64,000 bases of DNA from contig CAVXGR010000018.1 of assembly GCA_963761335.1 (NCBI GenBank), forward strand, positions 608,001 through 672,000, in the 5' to 3' direction. Source of the stretch: an uncultured delta proteobacterium (GTDB lineage Bacteria; Desulfobacterota; Binatia; HRBIN30; BPIQ01). The notes beneath the pieces are model-generated. The model made no database searches. It was not told where the DNA came from and worked only from the letters and a program-made list of their open reading frames with translations. How positions within the stretch are numbered: position 1 is the stretch's first letter; every line of letters begins with the position of its first letter. Below, one piece after another: positions 28,109 through 40,438 of the stretch. The position numbers were made by a program, and so were the translations under genes.

Positions 28109-28324
28109 CTGCAGACTCGGGCATTTGGAAACCATAGAATGGTGAGAAAAGCAAAGAACATGAGAGATTCGGTATAGCATTTGCGCTGGCAAAATTGCCT
28201 CGAACTGCCGATACTCCCTGCACAATCGAAGGAGGTAGAGATGGCGCGTTTTCAGCTGTGCAGGAGGCCGGTTGCGACTGACCTCGCGCACCGGATGCAA
28301 GGCGAAAGTCGAAAGGGGAAAGAC

Positions 28325-29575
28325 ATGAAACGATTGACGGCTTCGACCTTGATCTGCTTGTCAACGGTAGCGCTGCTTTGCTTTCTCGCCGTGGACGCAT
28401 CGGCGAACCACCTGCACTACGTTCAAATAACAGACACGCGCTACTACCCGGCTACTCTCGCCGACGTCTTCCCAGCCGATCCCGACACTCCCCTGCTCCG
28501 GTGGATCGTTTACGCGGGTAACGATTCGGCCGTTACCATAGACGATGGCGTAAACACGTATGCCGATAGCACCGGCACGGGTACCGTCAAAGCGGTCTTC
28601 GACGCCCCCCGGTCGCAGGACGTCACGCTGCCCCAGCAGACGGCGCTTTTCGAGTTCAAGGTATTGGCGCTCGACACCTTCGGATCACAGACCATCCAGT
28701 TCGGTTGGACCGACCTCATCAATGTCATCGAGTGGGACGAAGCAGGGCAATCCATTACGGGCACCAAGAATGACGGTTCCAACACTCCAACCACGAATAT
28801 TCCTCGCTGGAGTGATCTCGGGGATCTTCCTCTCCGCATTCGGCTCTACTACAATTTCGCCGACTTTGTCTTTACCGCCGTCGTGACCGACGAAGGTGGC
28901 ACCGAGTTGGGGAGGTTCAGCTTCCATGATGTGGCCAACTCCTTCAAAAACTTCTATGACTTCCCCGGCACCGACCCCGACAATCTCGACATCTACCCGT
29001 ATGTCTTTTGCAGCGCCCCTTGCTCGGTCCAGGCTCTGGCCTGGAAGGACATGGTCTGCGATACGGTGGGCGGCGAGGTAGACGTCGACAATTGCCGGGT
29101 TCGAGGCGTCGGCGACGGCATCATCGAGCCCGGCGAGACCTGCGACGACGGTAACACGGTGTCGGGGGACGGCTGCGACGGAAACGGCCAACTCGAGAAG
29201 ATCGGCTGGAAGTGCCAGGAGGCCATCGGCAAGGCCGGCGAGAAGTATGTGAAGGACCGGCTCAAGAACCTCCAGAAGTGCCGGAACCTACTGAACAAGG
29301 GCGTGGCGCTCTTCCAGGACAAGGACCAGACCCTGGCCATCACGGACCGGTCGGAGTGTCCGAACGAGTTCAAGACCGCGGGCAATCTCACGAAGACCCG
29401 CGAGAAAGTCCGAAAGCTGGTCGCTGCCAAGTGCACCGACGCACTCGTCGGCGCTCTTGCCACCTGCGGTAAGACCGTCGACGCGCTCGTGTCGCCCGAC
29501 GGCACGGCCGGGTGCCTCATCGAGACGCACGACGCGGCCGTCGACGCCCTGCTCACGGCGCAATACGGTGGCTGA
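28325..29575 (+). CDS. Exported protein with Myxococcus-type Cys-rich repeat (DUF4215-like) and helical Cys-containing C-terminal domain
   Basis: Signal peptide ending ASA; GDGIIEPGETCDDGNTVSGDGC; C-terminal KCQEAIGKAG...GCLIETHDAAVDALL. Confidence 0.82.
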   Translation: MKRLTASTLICLSTVALLCFLAVDASANHLHYVQITDTRYYPATLADVFPADPDTPLLRWIVYAGNDSAVTIDDGVNTYADSTGTGTVKAVFDAPRSQDVTLPQQTALFEFKVLALDTFGSQTIQFGWTDLINVIEWDEAGQSITGTKNDGSNTPTTNIPRWSDLGDLPLRIRLYYNFADFVFTAVVTDEGGTELGRFSFHDVANSFKNFYDFPGTDPDNLDIYPYVFCSAPCSVQALAWKDMVCDTVGGEVDVDNCRVRGVGDGIIEPGETCDDGNTVSGDGCDGNGQLEKIGWKCQEAIGKAGEKYVKDRLKNLQKCRNLLNKGVALFQDKDQTLAITDRSECPNEFKTAGNLTKTREKVRKLVAAKCTDALVGALATCGKTVDALVSPDGTAGCLIETHDAAVDALLTAQYGG

Positions 29576-29648
29576 AGCGGGACTCCACTCGGGTGGCTCG
29601 ATCATCGCCGCGTCGGAATAGCACATGCGCGATCGCCGGACGCCAGGC

Positions 29649-29795
29649 TTCTCGTTCCGTTCTCATTCCCGGTTCTCATCCCGTCGTTTTCCATTTCTCT
29701 GAGGACCGCGGCGAGTCCCCGACCGCTCAGAGCAATGGAAAACGACGGGATGAGAATGAGAACGACGGAATGAGAATGACGGGATGAAACGGGGA
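29649..29795. repeat. Palindromic intergenic element, copy 2
   Basis: Same 21-bp arms as copy 1 at 29681-29701 and 29728-29748, with a different loop; lies between convergent genes. Confidence 0.9.
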
Positions 29796-29824
29796 GAGCG
29801 CGCCGCTCTCCCCGTCACCGCCGA

Positions 29825-31302
<1,478 letters not shown>

Positions 31303-31306
<4 letters not shown>

Positions 31307-32349
31307 GAAGTCCTCCTCGTTGGTTTTCCGTTGTCGTGAAGTGCGGCGCGGCCCGCTTCAGGCTCGCCGCGGAGACTCCGGTGGTTGCCGTTGCCGCCGT
31401 CGGCGCGCCGGGCGCTGGCGACGAACAGTGCCGGTCCCTTCGCCTGCGGCTCGGCCGGCAGCGGCAGAACCCGAACCGATATGCAGCCGGCATCGCTCAG
31501 CCAGCTCTCCAGCACGGGGCGCTCGAAGCCGAGCCACACGTGTCCCATCTTCTGGCGGTACTCGAGACGTTCGTGCGGAAACATGTCGACGATCAGGATA
31601 CGGCCGCCCGGGCGAAGCGCTCGAGCCGCCTCGCGCAGGGCCGCCGGCGGGTCGCCGAGATGGTGCAGCACCAGGCACATGGTGGCGGCGTCGAGCTCGC
31701 GATCGGCGAGCGGCAGGGCCTCCAGCTCGCCGGCGCGCAGCTCGACGTTCTCCAGGCCGCCGAGGCGCTGGCGCGCCGCCTTGAGCATGGCGCGCGAGCT
31801 CTCCACTGCAATGACCCGGCCGACGAACGGCGCCAGCGCCTCGGCGATCTGCCCAGTGCCGCAGCCGAGGTCGCCGACCACCCATCCCTCGTCGAGCAGC
31901 CCGGCGAGGGCGTGGAGATCGAAGCGGCTGCCGAACAGCTCGGTTCGCAGGCCGTCCCACTGGCCGCTCGCGGAGCTGAAGAATGCCTGCGAGCGGGTGC
32001 GCCGGTCGGCGAGGACGCCGGCCAGACGGTGCTCGTCCTGCTCGATCGAGGAGAGGGGAGCCATCTGCTCCCGCAGCAGCGCCCACAGGCGCCGCGCCGC
32101 CGGCTCGAGAGCCGTGCCTGCCATGCGATAGAGCCGGCTGGTGCCCTCGGGGCGCGCTGCCACCCAGCCCTCGTCGGCGAGCAGCCGCAGATGGCGGCTC
32201 ACCGTCGACTGCGGCGCCTGCAGAACGCTGCAGATCTCCGCAACCGTCAGCTCGTGGCGCTCGATCAGGCGCAGGATGCGAACCCGGGTCACATCGGCCA
32301 GCGAGCTCATCCAGGTCAGCACCGCGGGGGCGGTCGAGGTCTTTTGCAT
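31303..32349 (-). CDS. sahR: ArsR HTH + SAM-methyltransferase fusion regulator (SahR/SamR family)
   Basis: [34 protein letters not shown]; translationally coupled to ahcY. Confidence 0.9.
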
Positions 32350-32372
32350 CCGTCTATCCGGATGCTTGGATA
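32347..32372. promoter_or_regulatory. Candidate SahR operator (two overlapping ATCC-N8-GGAT palindromes)
   Basis: CATCCG-tctatc-CGGATG (32347-32364) and TATCCG-gatgct-TGGATA (32355-32372); TTGACT -35-like hexamer on the minus strand at 32391-32396. Confidence 0.6.
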
Positions 32373-32420
32373 CATCGGTGAGGGAGGGAGAGTCAACCCC
32401 TTTTTGCCGCGCCCGATCGG

Positions 32421-34784
32421 TCAGAGGGGGTGTACCTTGCGAAGCTCTTCGGCGAAGCGCTCGGGGTTGGTCGTGGGAAGCTGACACACCTGCCGCTCGC
32501 AGACGTAGGCGGTCGCCTTGCCGCCGGCGGCGGGTTTGCCGGCGACCAGTGGGGAGAGGCGTGCCAGGGCCTGCTGAGATTCCCCGGGTGCGGTCACGGC
32601 GAGAATGCGGTTGGGGACGAAGGTGTGGCGCAGCCTCTCGAGAAACGGCTCCGCCGCGGAGCGGCCGCCGGGAGCGACGATGACGATCTCCTTGGGGTGA
32701 TCGAGGTGATAGTCGACCGCCAGCAGCATCTCGGCGAACGCCTGTGGCGTACGTTGCAGCGGGCCCGCAAAAGCGTGCAGGGCGCCTTCGGCCCGCTGCC
32801 GGTAGCGGTCGTCGGCGGTCCACTCGTAGAGACGCAGGAGGTTGAGCACCTGCACCGAGTTGCCCGAGGGCTCGGCGCCGTCGTCTGCCGGCTTCTCACG
32901 CGCCAGCAGCGCCTCGTGGTCGTCGCTGGTGAGGAAGAATCCTCCCTCCTGTCGGTCCTCGTAATGCTGCGCCAGAGCTCCGTCGAGCCGTATGGCCTGC
33001 TCCAGCCACTCCGCCCGGCCGTCCGCCTCGACCAGGTCGAGGAGCCCGGCGATGACGAAGGCATAATCGTCCAGGTAGGCGTCCCCTTCGGCGTGCCCGC
33101 CGGTATAGCTGCGGCGCAGGCGGTTACCGCTGCGCATCCTGTCGAGCACGAAGCTGGCGGCGCGCTCGGCGGTGGCGGCGTAGGCGGGCTCGTCGAGCGC
33201 CAGCGAGGCGCGGGCGTAGGCGGAGATGGTGAGGCCATTCCATGCCGCCAGAATCTTCTCGTCGCGCGCCGGCGGCGGGCGCCGGGAGCGCGCCTCCCGC
33301 AGCCGTTCGCGGATCGCCTCGATGCGGGCCGGCAGCTCGCGCACCGGGAATCCCGCCCCGGCGGCGACCGCGGAGGGCGGCTCCGCCAGGTGCAGGACGT
33401 TTCTGCCCTCGAGGTTTCCGGCGGCGGTGAGACCGTAGTACCTCTCGGCAAGGGACAGCTGCCCTGGCTCCAGTGCGGCGGCAACCTCGGCGATGGTCCA
33501 GGTGTAGAACCAGCCCTCGCGGCGGGCGCCGCTGTCGTCAGTGCTGTCGGCATCGGTGGCGGAGTAGAAGCCGCCCTCGGGCGCGGTCATGTCCCTGTCG
33601 ATGTAGGCGAGGATGTCGCGCGCCGTTCCCGCGAGGTCTTCGCGGCCGGAGACCTGGAAGGCCTCGAGGTAAGCCGTCGCCAGCAGCGCGTTGTCGTACA
33701 GCATCTTCTCGAAGTGGGGAACCAGCCAGTGATCGTCGGTGGAGTAGCGGTGAAAGCCACCGCCGACCTGGTCGTGGATGCCGCCGGCGGCCATCTTCTC
33801 GAGAGTCAGGGACGCCATGTGCAAGACCTTCGGGTCGCCCGTTCGCCGGTGGTAGCGCAGCAGGAAGCGCAGCGGCAGGCCGCTCGGAAACTTCGGCGCG
33901 CCTTTGCTGCCGCCGTTGATCGGGTCGAGCTCTGCCTGCGAGAAGGCGGCGGCCCGGCGCAGGACATCCGCTTCGGCCAGCTCGGGGCTCGGAGACGGGG
34001 CCGCCATCGCCGCCTGCACGGCGTCGCTCAAGCTGTCTGCCGACTGCGCCACGCGCTCAGGCTGGTCGCGATACACCTCATCGATCTTGCGCAGCACGGT
34101 GAGAAAGCCGGCGCGGGCGCCGCGCTCGCCGTCGCGTGCCGGGAAGTAGGTGCCGCCGTAGAACGGCTTGCGCTCCGGGGTCAGCCACACGGTCATCGGC
34201 CAGCCGCCGCTCCCCGTGAGGCGCGTCACCGCGGCCATGTAGACGGAATCGATGTCCGGCCGTTCTTCCCGGTCGACCTTGATGGCGACGTAGTGCTCGT
34301 TCAGATAGCGGGCGATCTCCTCGTCCTCGAACGACTCTTCCTCCATGACGTGGCACCAGTGGCAGGTGGAGTAGCCGACCGAGAGCAGGACCGGTCGCCC
34401 GAGGCGGCGGGCGGTCTCGAAGGCCTCGTCCCCCCATGGATACCAGTTCACCGGGTTGTGGGCGTGCTGCCGCAGGTACGGGCTCGAGCGCAGGAAGAGG
34501 CGATTGGTATACCGGGGAGTCCCGTCTGCATTGAGATGACGGGTTCGCGGCACGTACCCATGCGGCCGGCCCTCCCAGGCGTTGCGCAGGCGTTGCACCA
34601 GGTCCAGCGGCGGCGGCGAGGCCCCGGGCAGGGGGTTGGCGAGAAAGCTCGTCTCGCCCGGGGGGGGCGGCGTCGCCCGCGGTGCCGGCGTGGCGGCGTC
34701 TGCGGCGCCGCCGGGCAAGCCTCCCAGCAGGACGAGCAACATCAGACCCACTTTGAGAGTCCGCTGGTGCGTCCTCAGGTACAT
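32421..34784 (-). CDS. Thioredoxin-domain protein, YyaL/SSP411 family, with N-terminal signal/extension
   Basis: [56 protein letters not shown]. Confidence 0.93.
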   Translation of the reverse strand: MYLRTHQRTLKVGLMLLVLLGGLPGGAADAATPAPRATPPPPGETSFLANPLPGASPPPLDLVQRLRNAWEGRPHGYVPRTRHLNADGTPRYTNRLFLRSSPYLRQHAHNPVNWYPWGDEAFETARRLGRPVLLSVGYSTCHWCHVMEEESFEDEEIARYLNEHYVAIKVDREERPDIDSVYMAAVTRLTGSGGWPMTVWLTPERKPFYGGTYFPARDGERGARAGFLTVLRKIDEVYRDQPERVAQSADSLSDAVQAAMAAPSPSPELAEADVLRRAAAFSQAELDPINGGSKGAPKFPSGLPLRFLLRYHRRTGDPKVLHMASLTLEKMAAGGIHDQVGGGFHRYSTDDHWLVPHFEKMLYDNALLATAYLEAFQVSGREDLAGTARDILAYIDRDMTAPEGGFYSATDADSTDDSGARREGWFYTWTIAEVAAALEPGQLSLAERYYGLTAAGNLEGRNVLHLAEPPSAVAAGAGFPVRELPARIEAIRERLREARSRRPPPARDEKILAAWNGLTISAYARASLALDEPAYAATAERAASFVLDRMRSGNRLRRSYTGGHAEGDAYLDDYAFVIAGLLDLVEADGRAEWLEQAIRLDGALAQHYEDRQEGGFFLTSDDHEALLAREKPADDGAEPSGNSVQVLNLLRLYEWTADDRYRQRAEGALHAFAGPLQRTPQAFAEMLLAVDYHLDHPKEIVIVAPGGRSAAEPFLERLRHTFVPNRILAVTAPGESQQALARLSPLVAGKPAAGGKATAYVCERQVCQLPTTNPERFAEELRKVHPL

Positions 34785-34865
34785 CGAGTCAGGACCGTAG
34801 CACACCTGTCGGGAACGATTGCGCTTCTGTCGTGTTATAGCTACGGGGAAGCTCGCCTCGATCCC

Positions 34866-35711
34866 ATGGACTGTGACGCCTACAGCGATCTGGTCGCCGC
34901 CGACGTAGATGGGCGGCTGTCGCCGACCGAGTCCGCCGCCGTCGACTCGCACCTGGTGAGCTGCCGGCGCTGTGTGGCACTGCGACTCCAGCAGGCTGAG
35001 GTGCGCGGATTCCTGCGGGAGCGCGCCGAGCGGCACCGGGCGCCGGCCGCGAGCCGCGAGCGCCTGTTGGCGGCGCTCGCGGCCGAGAGCGAGGCGCAGC
35101 CGCCTCGGCCTCGCCTCGAGCTGCGCTGGAGCCGGCGGCGGACGGTGGTCGCCCTGATCGGTTCGCTGGCCGCGGCGCTGGTGCTGATCCTCCTGCAGAG
35201 CCGCACGGCGACCCCGGACCTGGTGGCGGTCCTGGCGAGCGACGTGAAGGCGGTGGACGCCGGCCAGATGGCGCTGGCGGTGCGCAGCACCGACCTGCAG
35301 GCGCTCCGCGACTTCTACCGGCCCAGGGTCGACTTCGAACAGACAGTCGCCGACTTTGGCCGCCTGGGATTCACCCCGATCGGTGCCGCGGTCGATCACA
35401 TCGGCGGGGTGAAGACGACCTTTACCGTTTACCGCAGCTCGGCGGGCATGCTCGTCTGCCGCCGCTTTCGCGCGGGTGCGATCAAGGTCCCGGAAGGGGG
35501 GCGGCAGATCGGTGCGGCCCGTCTCTTCACGGTCGGTGGTGTGAACGTCCTCATCCACCGCGACGGCGACGCCATCTGCTGCCTGGCGAGCACTCTGCCG
35601 CTCGATCCTTTTGCGCATCCGCAGACGGCGGAAGGTGGCACTCCCGGGATGCTCATGGCGATGAACTCCTCGATCGACTCCCGCCTCGAAGCCCCGCGCT
35701 TGCGCCGCTGA
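34866..35711 (+). CDS. Zinc-finger (zf-HC2) transmembrane anti-sigma factor
   Basis: MDC...DGRL...HLVSCRRC (HxxxCxxC), single TM segment, extracytoplasmic domain. Confidence 0.85.
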   Translation: MDCDAYSDLVAADVDGRLSPTESAAVDSHLVSCRRCVALRLQQAEVRGFLRERAERHRAPAASRERLLAALAAESEAQPPRPRLELRWSRRRTVVALIGSLAAALVLILLQSRTATPDLVAVLASDVKAVDAGQMALAVRSTDLQALRDFYRPRVDFEQTVADFGRLGFTPIGAAVDHIGGVKTTFTVYRSSAGMLVCRRFRAGAIKVPEGGRQIGAARLFTVGGVNVLIHRDGDAICCLASTLPLDPFAHPQTAEGGTPGMLMAMNSSIDSRLEAPRLRR

Positions 35712-35848
35712 CCGGCCGCTCACCGGGGAGTGCGCGACCTCCGGATTCCCGGGTTTGCAACAGGCGCTTCGCTTCCCCCGCGCCGAGTCGACCGGGCGAT
35801 GGTGGCCGGCTACTTGCTGACTTCCAGAGCAAAAGGAGGGCTCAGTTC

Positions 35849-37351
35849 ATGACGGCGAATCAGCGTGCCGCGAGACGGCCATCGTCGCCGGGTGCGAAGA
35901 AGGCTCCGCGGGCGGAGGTGCTGCAGCCGCTGGATCTGCCAGCGAGAATGGCGCCGACCGACGCTCTGTTCTGGTATGCAGAGTCGGCGTTGCCGATTTT
36001 CCGGCCGATCATCGGCGGTCTCTACATTCTCGACCGCCAGCCGAATCCCAAGGATGTGGAGGCCATATCGAAGGTATCGATGCGGGTGGTGCCGCGGCTG
36101 CGCGAAAGGGTCGTCGAAGCCCCTGCGCAGCTCACCCTTCCCGAGTGGGTGGAGGATCGGCATCTCGATCTCGCCTATCACGTGCGCCACGTCTGCCTGC
36201 CGAGGCCGGGCAGCATGCGCGATCTTCTGGATCTGACCGCCGCCGTCTTTGCCACGCCGCTGGATCGCGAGCGGCCCCTGTGGGAGTCGTACTGGATCGA
36301 GGGCCTCGAAGGCGGCCGCTCGGCGTTCTTCTTCAAGCTCCATCACTCCGTGGTCGACGGCGTGGGCTCGAGGGCGCTGCTCAAGGCGATGACGCAGCCG
36401 CGGCGGGACAGTCCTCCGGCGCGGGTCGCCCGGCCGCCGCACACGCCGCCGCCGCCGTCCCCGGTGACGGCGACGGCGCGCTGGCTCAAGCTCGCCGGCG
36501 ACAGTCTCGCCGAGTCGGCGCGTCTGGCGGGTTGGGCCGCGGCCGCGCCGCTGCGCGCGGCGCGCGACCCGGTATCGTCGGCGCAGCAGGCGTGGAAGAT
36601 CGCGCGCGGCCTGCGCGGCGTGCTCGCCGATGCCAGCAGCCCCGTGGTGGTGGATCCCCTGGCGCGGTCCACCTCGGGGCTGTCGCGCCGGCTCGACGTC
36701 ATGGATCTGCCGCTGCAGCGCTTGAGGGCAATCAAGGAACCTCTCGGAGTGACCATCAACGATCTGATCCTCGCCGTGCTCGCCGGAACCCTCGGCGAGT
36801 ATCACCGCGAGCGGCGCGCACCGGTGCAGGCGCTCAACTGCATGGTGCCGATGAATCTCCGCTCGCGAGAGGATGACAGTGCTCTCGGCAATCGCGTCGG
36901 CACCTTGAACATCGTCCTGCCGGTCGGCGAGCGGCGCCCCGATCACCGTCTCGAGCGCATCGTGCGGCAGACGCGCATGGCCAAGAGCGATCGGCGCGGG
37001 GCGCTCTATCCCTTTCTCGTGCAGACGCTGACGGTGCTGCCCGGTACGGCTTTTCGCTGGCTGGCGCGGCAGAGCTTGGGACGCGTCAACGTCGCCTGCA
37101 CCAATGTGCCGGGGCTGGCGGAACACCGCTACGTGGCGGGTGCCGAGATCGAGGCCATCTACCCATTCGCCAGCGTCGTCGAGGGCACGCCGGTGGTAAT
37201 GGCGCTCTTCTCCTACGGCGACCACATGAACGTCGGTATCGACACGGATCCCGAGGCGGTTCCCGAGCCGCACCGCCTCACCGAGCTCTTTCTGCAGGGG
37301 CTGGATGAGATGGAGGCGCTGGCGCGGACAGCGGTGCGGATCTCCGACTGA
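35849..37351 (+). CDS. Wax ester synthase/diacylglycerol acyltransferase (second copy)
   Basis: HHSVVDG, RPLWE, TINDLIL, LGN, TNVPG; AAAAGGAGG RBS. Confidence 0.93.
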   Translation: MTANQRAARRPSSPGAKKAPRAEVLQPLDLPARMAPTDALFWYAESALPIFRPIIGGLYILDRQPNPKDVEAISKVSMRVVPRLRERVVEAPAQLTLPEWVEDRHLDLAYHVRHVCLPRPGSMRDLLDLTAAVFATPLDRERPLWESYWIEGLEGGRSAFFFKLHHSVVDGVGSRALLKAMTQPRRDSPPARVARPPHTPPPPSPVTATARWLKLAGDSLAESARLAGWAAAAPLRAARDPVSSAQQAWKIARGLRGVLADASSPVVVDPLARSTSGLSRRLDVMDLPLQRLRAIKEPLGVTINDLILAVLAGTLGEYHRERRAPVQALNCMVPMNLRSREDDSALGNRVGTLNIVLPVGERRPDHRLERIVRQTRMAKSDRRGALYPFLVQTLTVLPGTAFRWLARQSLGRVNVACTNVPGLAEHRYVAGAEIEAIYPFASVVEGTPVVMALFSYGDHMNVGIDTDPEAVPEPHRLTELFLQGLDEMEALARTAVRISD

Positions 37352-37440
37352 ATCGGGGCTCGCTTGCGGGCCGCCGGTGCCAGCAGCGCCAGAGAGAATA
37401 CGAGGACGCGCAGCGCCAAGGTGGCGGCAGTCTTCCGTGG

Positions 37441-38682
37441 TCAGGAAGGGCACATCAGCAGGCCGGGATCGACACAGGACGAAAAGCTCGCCTCGACGGT
37501 GCCGTCCTCGCCGTAGTCGATGTCGACGGCGCCGGAATCGCCATAGGCCACTCCCGTCGCGGTTGCTCCCGAGGTGATCGAGAGGATGCCGGCTGTAGGG
37601 CAGACCTCGCCTGCAGTGGAGATGATCGCCGCGGTCGTCGCCACCCCGGCGTCGCCTCCGAAGCAAGCGGAGGAGAGCATGCCCTGGATGTCGGTGCGGA
37701 TCGCCGCTGCCGAGGAGTCCTGCACGATCTGGAAGTCGGTGAAGGCGACGTCGATGGCGGTGCTCGGGCCCGCCGCGGCAATGGTGTCTGGCGGCGGCGC
37801 CGGCGTTGTCTCGACCGTAGCCGCGCCGTTGAGGATCAGCGTGTACATGTTCGGCACGCAGCCGCTGGCGAACTTCTGGATGGTGACCGCTATGTCGGCG
37901 TCGGACAGCTGCACCTCGAGGTGGTCGCCGGCGGCGCTGCTCGCCGTCAGTGTGGCGGTGGTCCGCGCCAGCGGCAGCGAGGTCAGGAAGCACGGGCCTC
38001 CCAGCTGCGGGAGGCCGACCGCGGCGGTGAGCTGCGCTGCCGTGGTCAGCTTCACCGCACCCTGCGCGTCGCGGTAGACCGCGGTCAAGTCGGTATTCGT
38101 GCTGATGCCGAACAGCGGCAGCCCCGGGAATGGTCCGCTGGTGCAGCTCCCCGAGCCGGCGAGGGTGATGGTGCCGTCGAGGGTGCTCGAGCCCCCGCCC
38201 GCCGCCGGCACGACGCAGGCGGTGAGCTTGATGGTCACCGTGATGCGACCGGTGCCGGTGCACTTGCGGGTGACCGTCCCGCCGAGAGGACATCCTCCGG
38301 CGCCAAAGCTGTCGTAGATCCCGGTGAAGATCGAGGGGATCACCCCGAGCCCGTTCGCCAGGGCGCCGGCAGCGGCGGAGACCGGCAGCACCGGCGGCGG
38401 TGTTCCCATCGTCGCGGTCGCCGTGGGAGTCGGAGTCGGAGTGGCAGCGGCTTCGGGCAACGTCGGCGTCCATGTCGGCGCGGCAGCGCGCAGAGCGCCG
38501 ACGAGATCCGCTACGGTGGTGCGGCCGTCGCCGTTGACGTCGCCGCCGCTGCAGCTGGCGGCGAAGATGCAGGAGACGATGCCGTCGATCGCGGTTGCGT
38601 TTGCCCGTCCCGCGGCAGCTGGGCCCGGGATGCACAGCGGCGTGAGCAGCACCGCGGAAATGGCCAATCGCATCGCCCTCAT
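37441..38682 (-). CDS. Exported Cys-containing beta protein with N-terminal dockerin/EF-hand-like motif
   Basis: Signal peptide; GDVNGDGRTTVADLV; TP linker; CPLGG...CPTAG motifs. Confidence 0.75.
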   Translation of the reverse strand: MRAMRLAISAVLLTPLCIPGPAAAGRANATAIDGIVSCIFAASCSGGDVNGDGRTTVADLVGALRAAAPTWTPTLPEAAATPTPTPTATATMGTPPPVLPVSAAAGALANGLGVIPSIFTGIYDSFGAGGCPLGGTVTRKCTGTGRITVTIKLTACVVPAAGGGSSTLDGTITLAGSGSCTSGPFPGLPLFGISTNTDLTAVYRDAQGAVKLTTAAQLTAAVGLPQLGGPCFLTSLPLARTTATLTASSAAGDHLEVQLSDADIAVTIQKFASGCVPNMYTLILNGAATVETTPAPPPDTIAAAGPSTAIDVAFTDFQIVQDSSAAAIRTDIQGMLSSACFGGDAGVATTAAIISTAGEVCPTAGILSITSGATATGVAYGDSGAVDIDYGEDGTVEASFSSCVDPGLLMCPS

Positions 38683-38820
38683 CTTTCCCCCTTGTCGCTT
38701 CAGGCTCGTCCCTCCCGCCCGAGCCCACCGGCAGACTAGGTGGATTTCCGCAGCCCCCGCAATGCCTCCGCGTCAAAATCTGACCCTTTCGTTGCACATC
38801 GCATGTGCAGGCCGCGGTAC

Positions 38821-38835
38821 TGGAATGCAGGTTGC
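38821..38835 (+). promoter_or_regulatory. Candidate sigma54 promoter upstream of the M15 peptidase
   Basis: TGGAAT-gcagg-TTGC. Confidence 0.45.
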
Positions 38836-39005
38836 GTCAACTTTGAGCGAGTTTTCAGAGATGTCTACCGATGGCGCGAAGTTTGTTGGAAAACTTCAGC
38901 GGTTCGGGTATCGATTCGGAGTTGGCGTCGTGATAACAGCACGCGTCACCGGCCAGAGATCCGCTGCTGAAGCTCACGGCTCGAAATCCCCGAAGGCGTT
39001 TTGCG

Positions 39006-39854
39006 ATGAGAAGACGAGATTTTCTGAAGACGTTGGCCCTTGCTGCGCTCGGCAGCGGAATCTTGCCGGCCGTCGGCAGCGCCGACTTCGTCGAGTTCTG
39101 CGCCAGCTCCGCCGAGAGCCACGAGGAGTACCTGCAGCGCTACCTGCAGAAGATGCGGCACTTCAACGAGCCGCACCCGGAAGACATCCACCTCGACCGC
39201 GACACCTATCCGATCTTCAAGAGCTGCCTGGACAGAATGGTCCGTCTGGAGCTCACCGTCGGCCACGGCCGCTTCAATTTGATCGACCTCGACGAGGCGC
39301 TGACGACCGCCCGCGACTACTCGGAGGTGGGCGAGTTCCCCAAGAACGAGCTCGATTTCTTGGAGACGATCTTCTACACCGACGCCGCCCGCTACGGGTT
39401 CTACGGCGACAAGTCGCTCACCAAGATCACCGACCGCATCCCCGAGGACGAGGTGGTGAAGATCCCGCGCAGCGGCAACTACCTCTACCAGGGCCGCCCC
39501 TACGCCACGTATCAGAAGATCGAGCGCGACGCCGGCGATGACGTCATCCTCACCTCGGGCGTGCGCGGCGTCATCAAGCAGTTCATCCTTTTCTTTAAGA
39601 AAACTGAAGCAAGTGATGGGAATTTATCACTGGCTTCGCGCTCCCTGGCTCCGCCCGGATACTCGTTCCACGGCATCAGCGACTTCGACGTCGGAAAGGT
39701 GGGCTTCGGGCTCGACAACTTCACCGAGCGCTTCGTCACCACGGACGTGTTTCGCAAGCTCGAGCACCTGGATTACGTCAACCTGCGCTACACGCAGGAC
39801 AATCTCTTCGGGGTGCGCTTCGAGCCCTGGCACATTAAGGTCGACTGGACCTGA
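39006..39854 (+). CDS. Tat-exported M15 family D,D-carboxypeptidase (VanY-like)
   Basis: MRRRDFLK Tat motif; SGVR, APPGYSFH...DFD, FEPWH. Confidence 0.88.
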   Translation: MRRRDFLKTLALAALGSGILPAVGSADFVEFCASSAESHEEYLQRYLQKMRHFNEPHPEDIHLDRDTYPIFKSCLDRMVRLELTVGHGRFNLIDLDEALTTARDYSEVGEFPKNELDFLETIFYTDAARYGFYGDKSLTKITDRIPEDEVVKIPRSGNYLYQGRPYATYQKIERDAGDDVILTSGVRGVIKQFILFFKKTEASDGNLSLASRSLAPPGYSFHGISDFDVGKVGFGLDNFTERFVTTDVFRKLEHLDYVNLRYTQDNLFGVRFEPWHIKVDWT

Positions 39855-39974
39855 TTGCGCCGGTTCTTTCCATCCGCTGACCCGGCAGGGGGCCCCCGAG
39901 GCCTGATGGCGACAGTACCTGCGCCTCGGCTCGTCCTTTGCTGTGTGCTGTTCAAGGCTGAATCGGAGAAGCGG

Positions 39975-40373
39975 ATGAAATCGCATCACAGAATTCTGAT
40001 CGTCGAGGACGAGCCCGATCACATGCACATCCTGGCGAACGCGCTCACCAGGGCCGGCTACGAGGTGGCCGCGGCGTACGGGGCGGAGCCGGCATTTCGC
40101 AAGGCTCACACCCAGCGTCCCGATCTGATCCTGACGGATCTGGCGATGCCGCAGGCGAGCGGAGTGCAATTGATTGCGGCCTTGAAAGACGATCCGGCGA
40201 CCCGGGACATTCCCGTGCTGGCGGTGACCGCCTTCGTCTGGGACAACCTCGCGGAAGCGGCAGGAGAGGTTGGCTGCGCCGGTTTCATCTCCAAGCCCTT
40301 CAAGCGCGAGGATCTCCTGCGCGAGGTCGCCAAGCACCTGGCTTTGGCCGATGCCGCGGCGCGGCCGGCCTGA
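39975..40373 (+). CDS. Single-domain response regulator
   Basis: ILIVEDE, DLILTDLAMP, VTA, ISKP. Confidence 0.92.
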   Translation: MKSHHRILIVEDEPDHMHILANALTRAGYEVAAAYGAEPAFRKAHTQRPDLILTDLAMPQASGVQLIAALKDDPATRDIPVLAVTAFVWDNLAEAAGEVGCAGFISKPFKREDLLREVAKHLALADAAARPA

Positions 40374-40438
40374 GCGACGTCGACCCCGCACCCGCGGGAA
40401 AGGGTTGCCCTGCCTCTCCGCGCCGGTCATGCTGACCG

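Noticed and set aside
16118..29795. Palindromic elements at 16.1 and 29.7 kb as CRISPR repeats or integron attC sites
   Set aside because: The copies are isolated and 13 kb apart, no cas or integrase gene is in the window, and the flanking genes are not cassette-like.
32350..32420. SAM/SAH riboswitch upstream of sahR-ahcY
   Set aside because: The intergenic gap is only ~70 bp and is occupied by promoter- and operator-like motifs; I recognised no riboswitch consensus.
32430..34865. Very long + strand ORF 32430..35711 and the 5' extension of - strand ORF 32421..35723
   Set aside because: These are shadow frames of two divergent real genes (YyaL-like and anti-sigma). Long antisense ORFs are expected at this GC content.
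39006..39854. VanY-like, AmpC-like and MBL-fold genes as antibiotic resistance determinants
   Set aside because: Only fold-level motifs are seen, with no van cluster or mobile context. These families are mostly housekeeping hydrolases.
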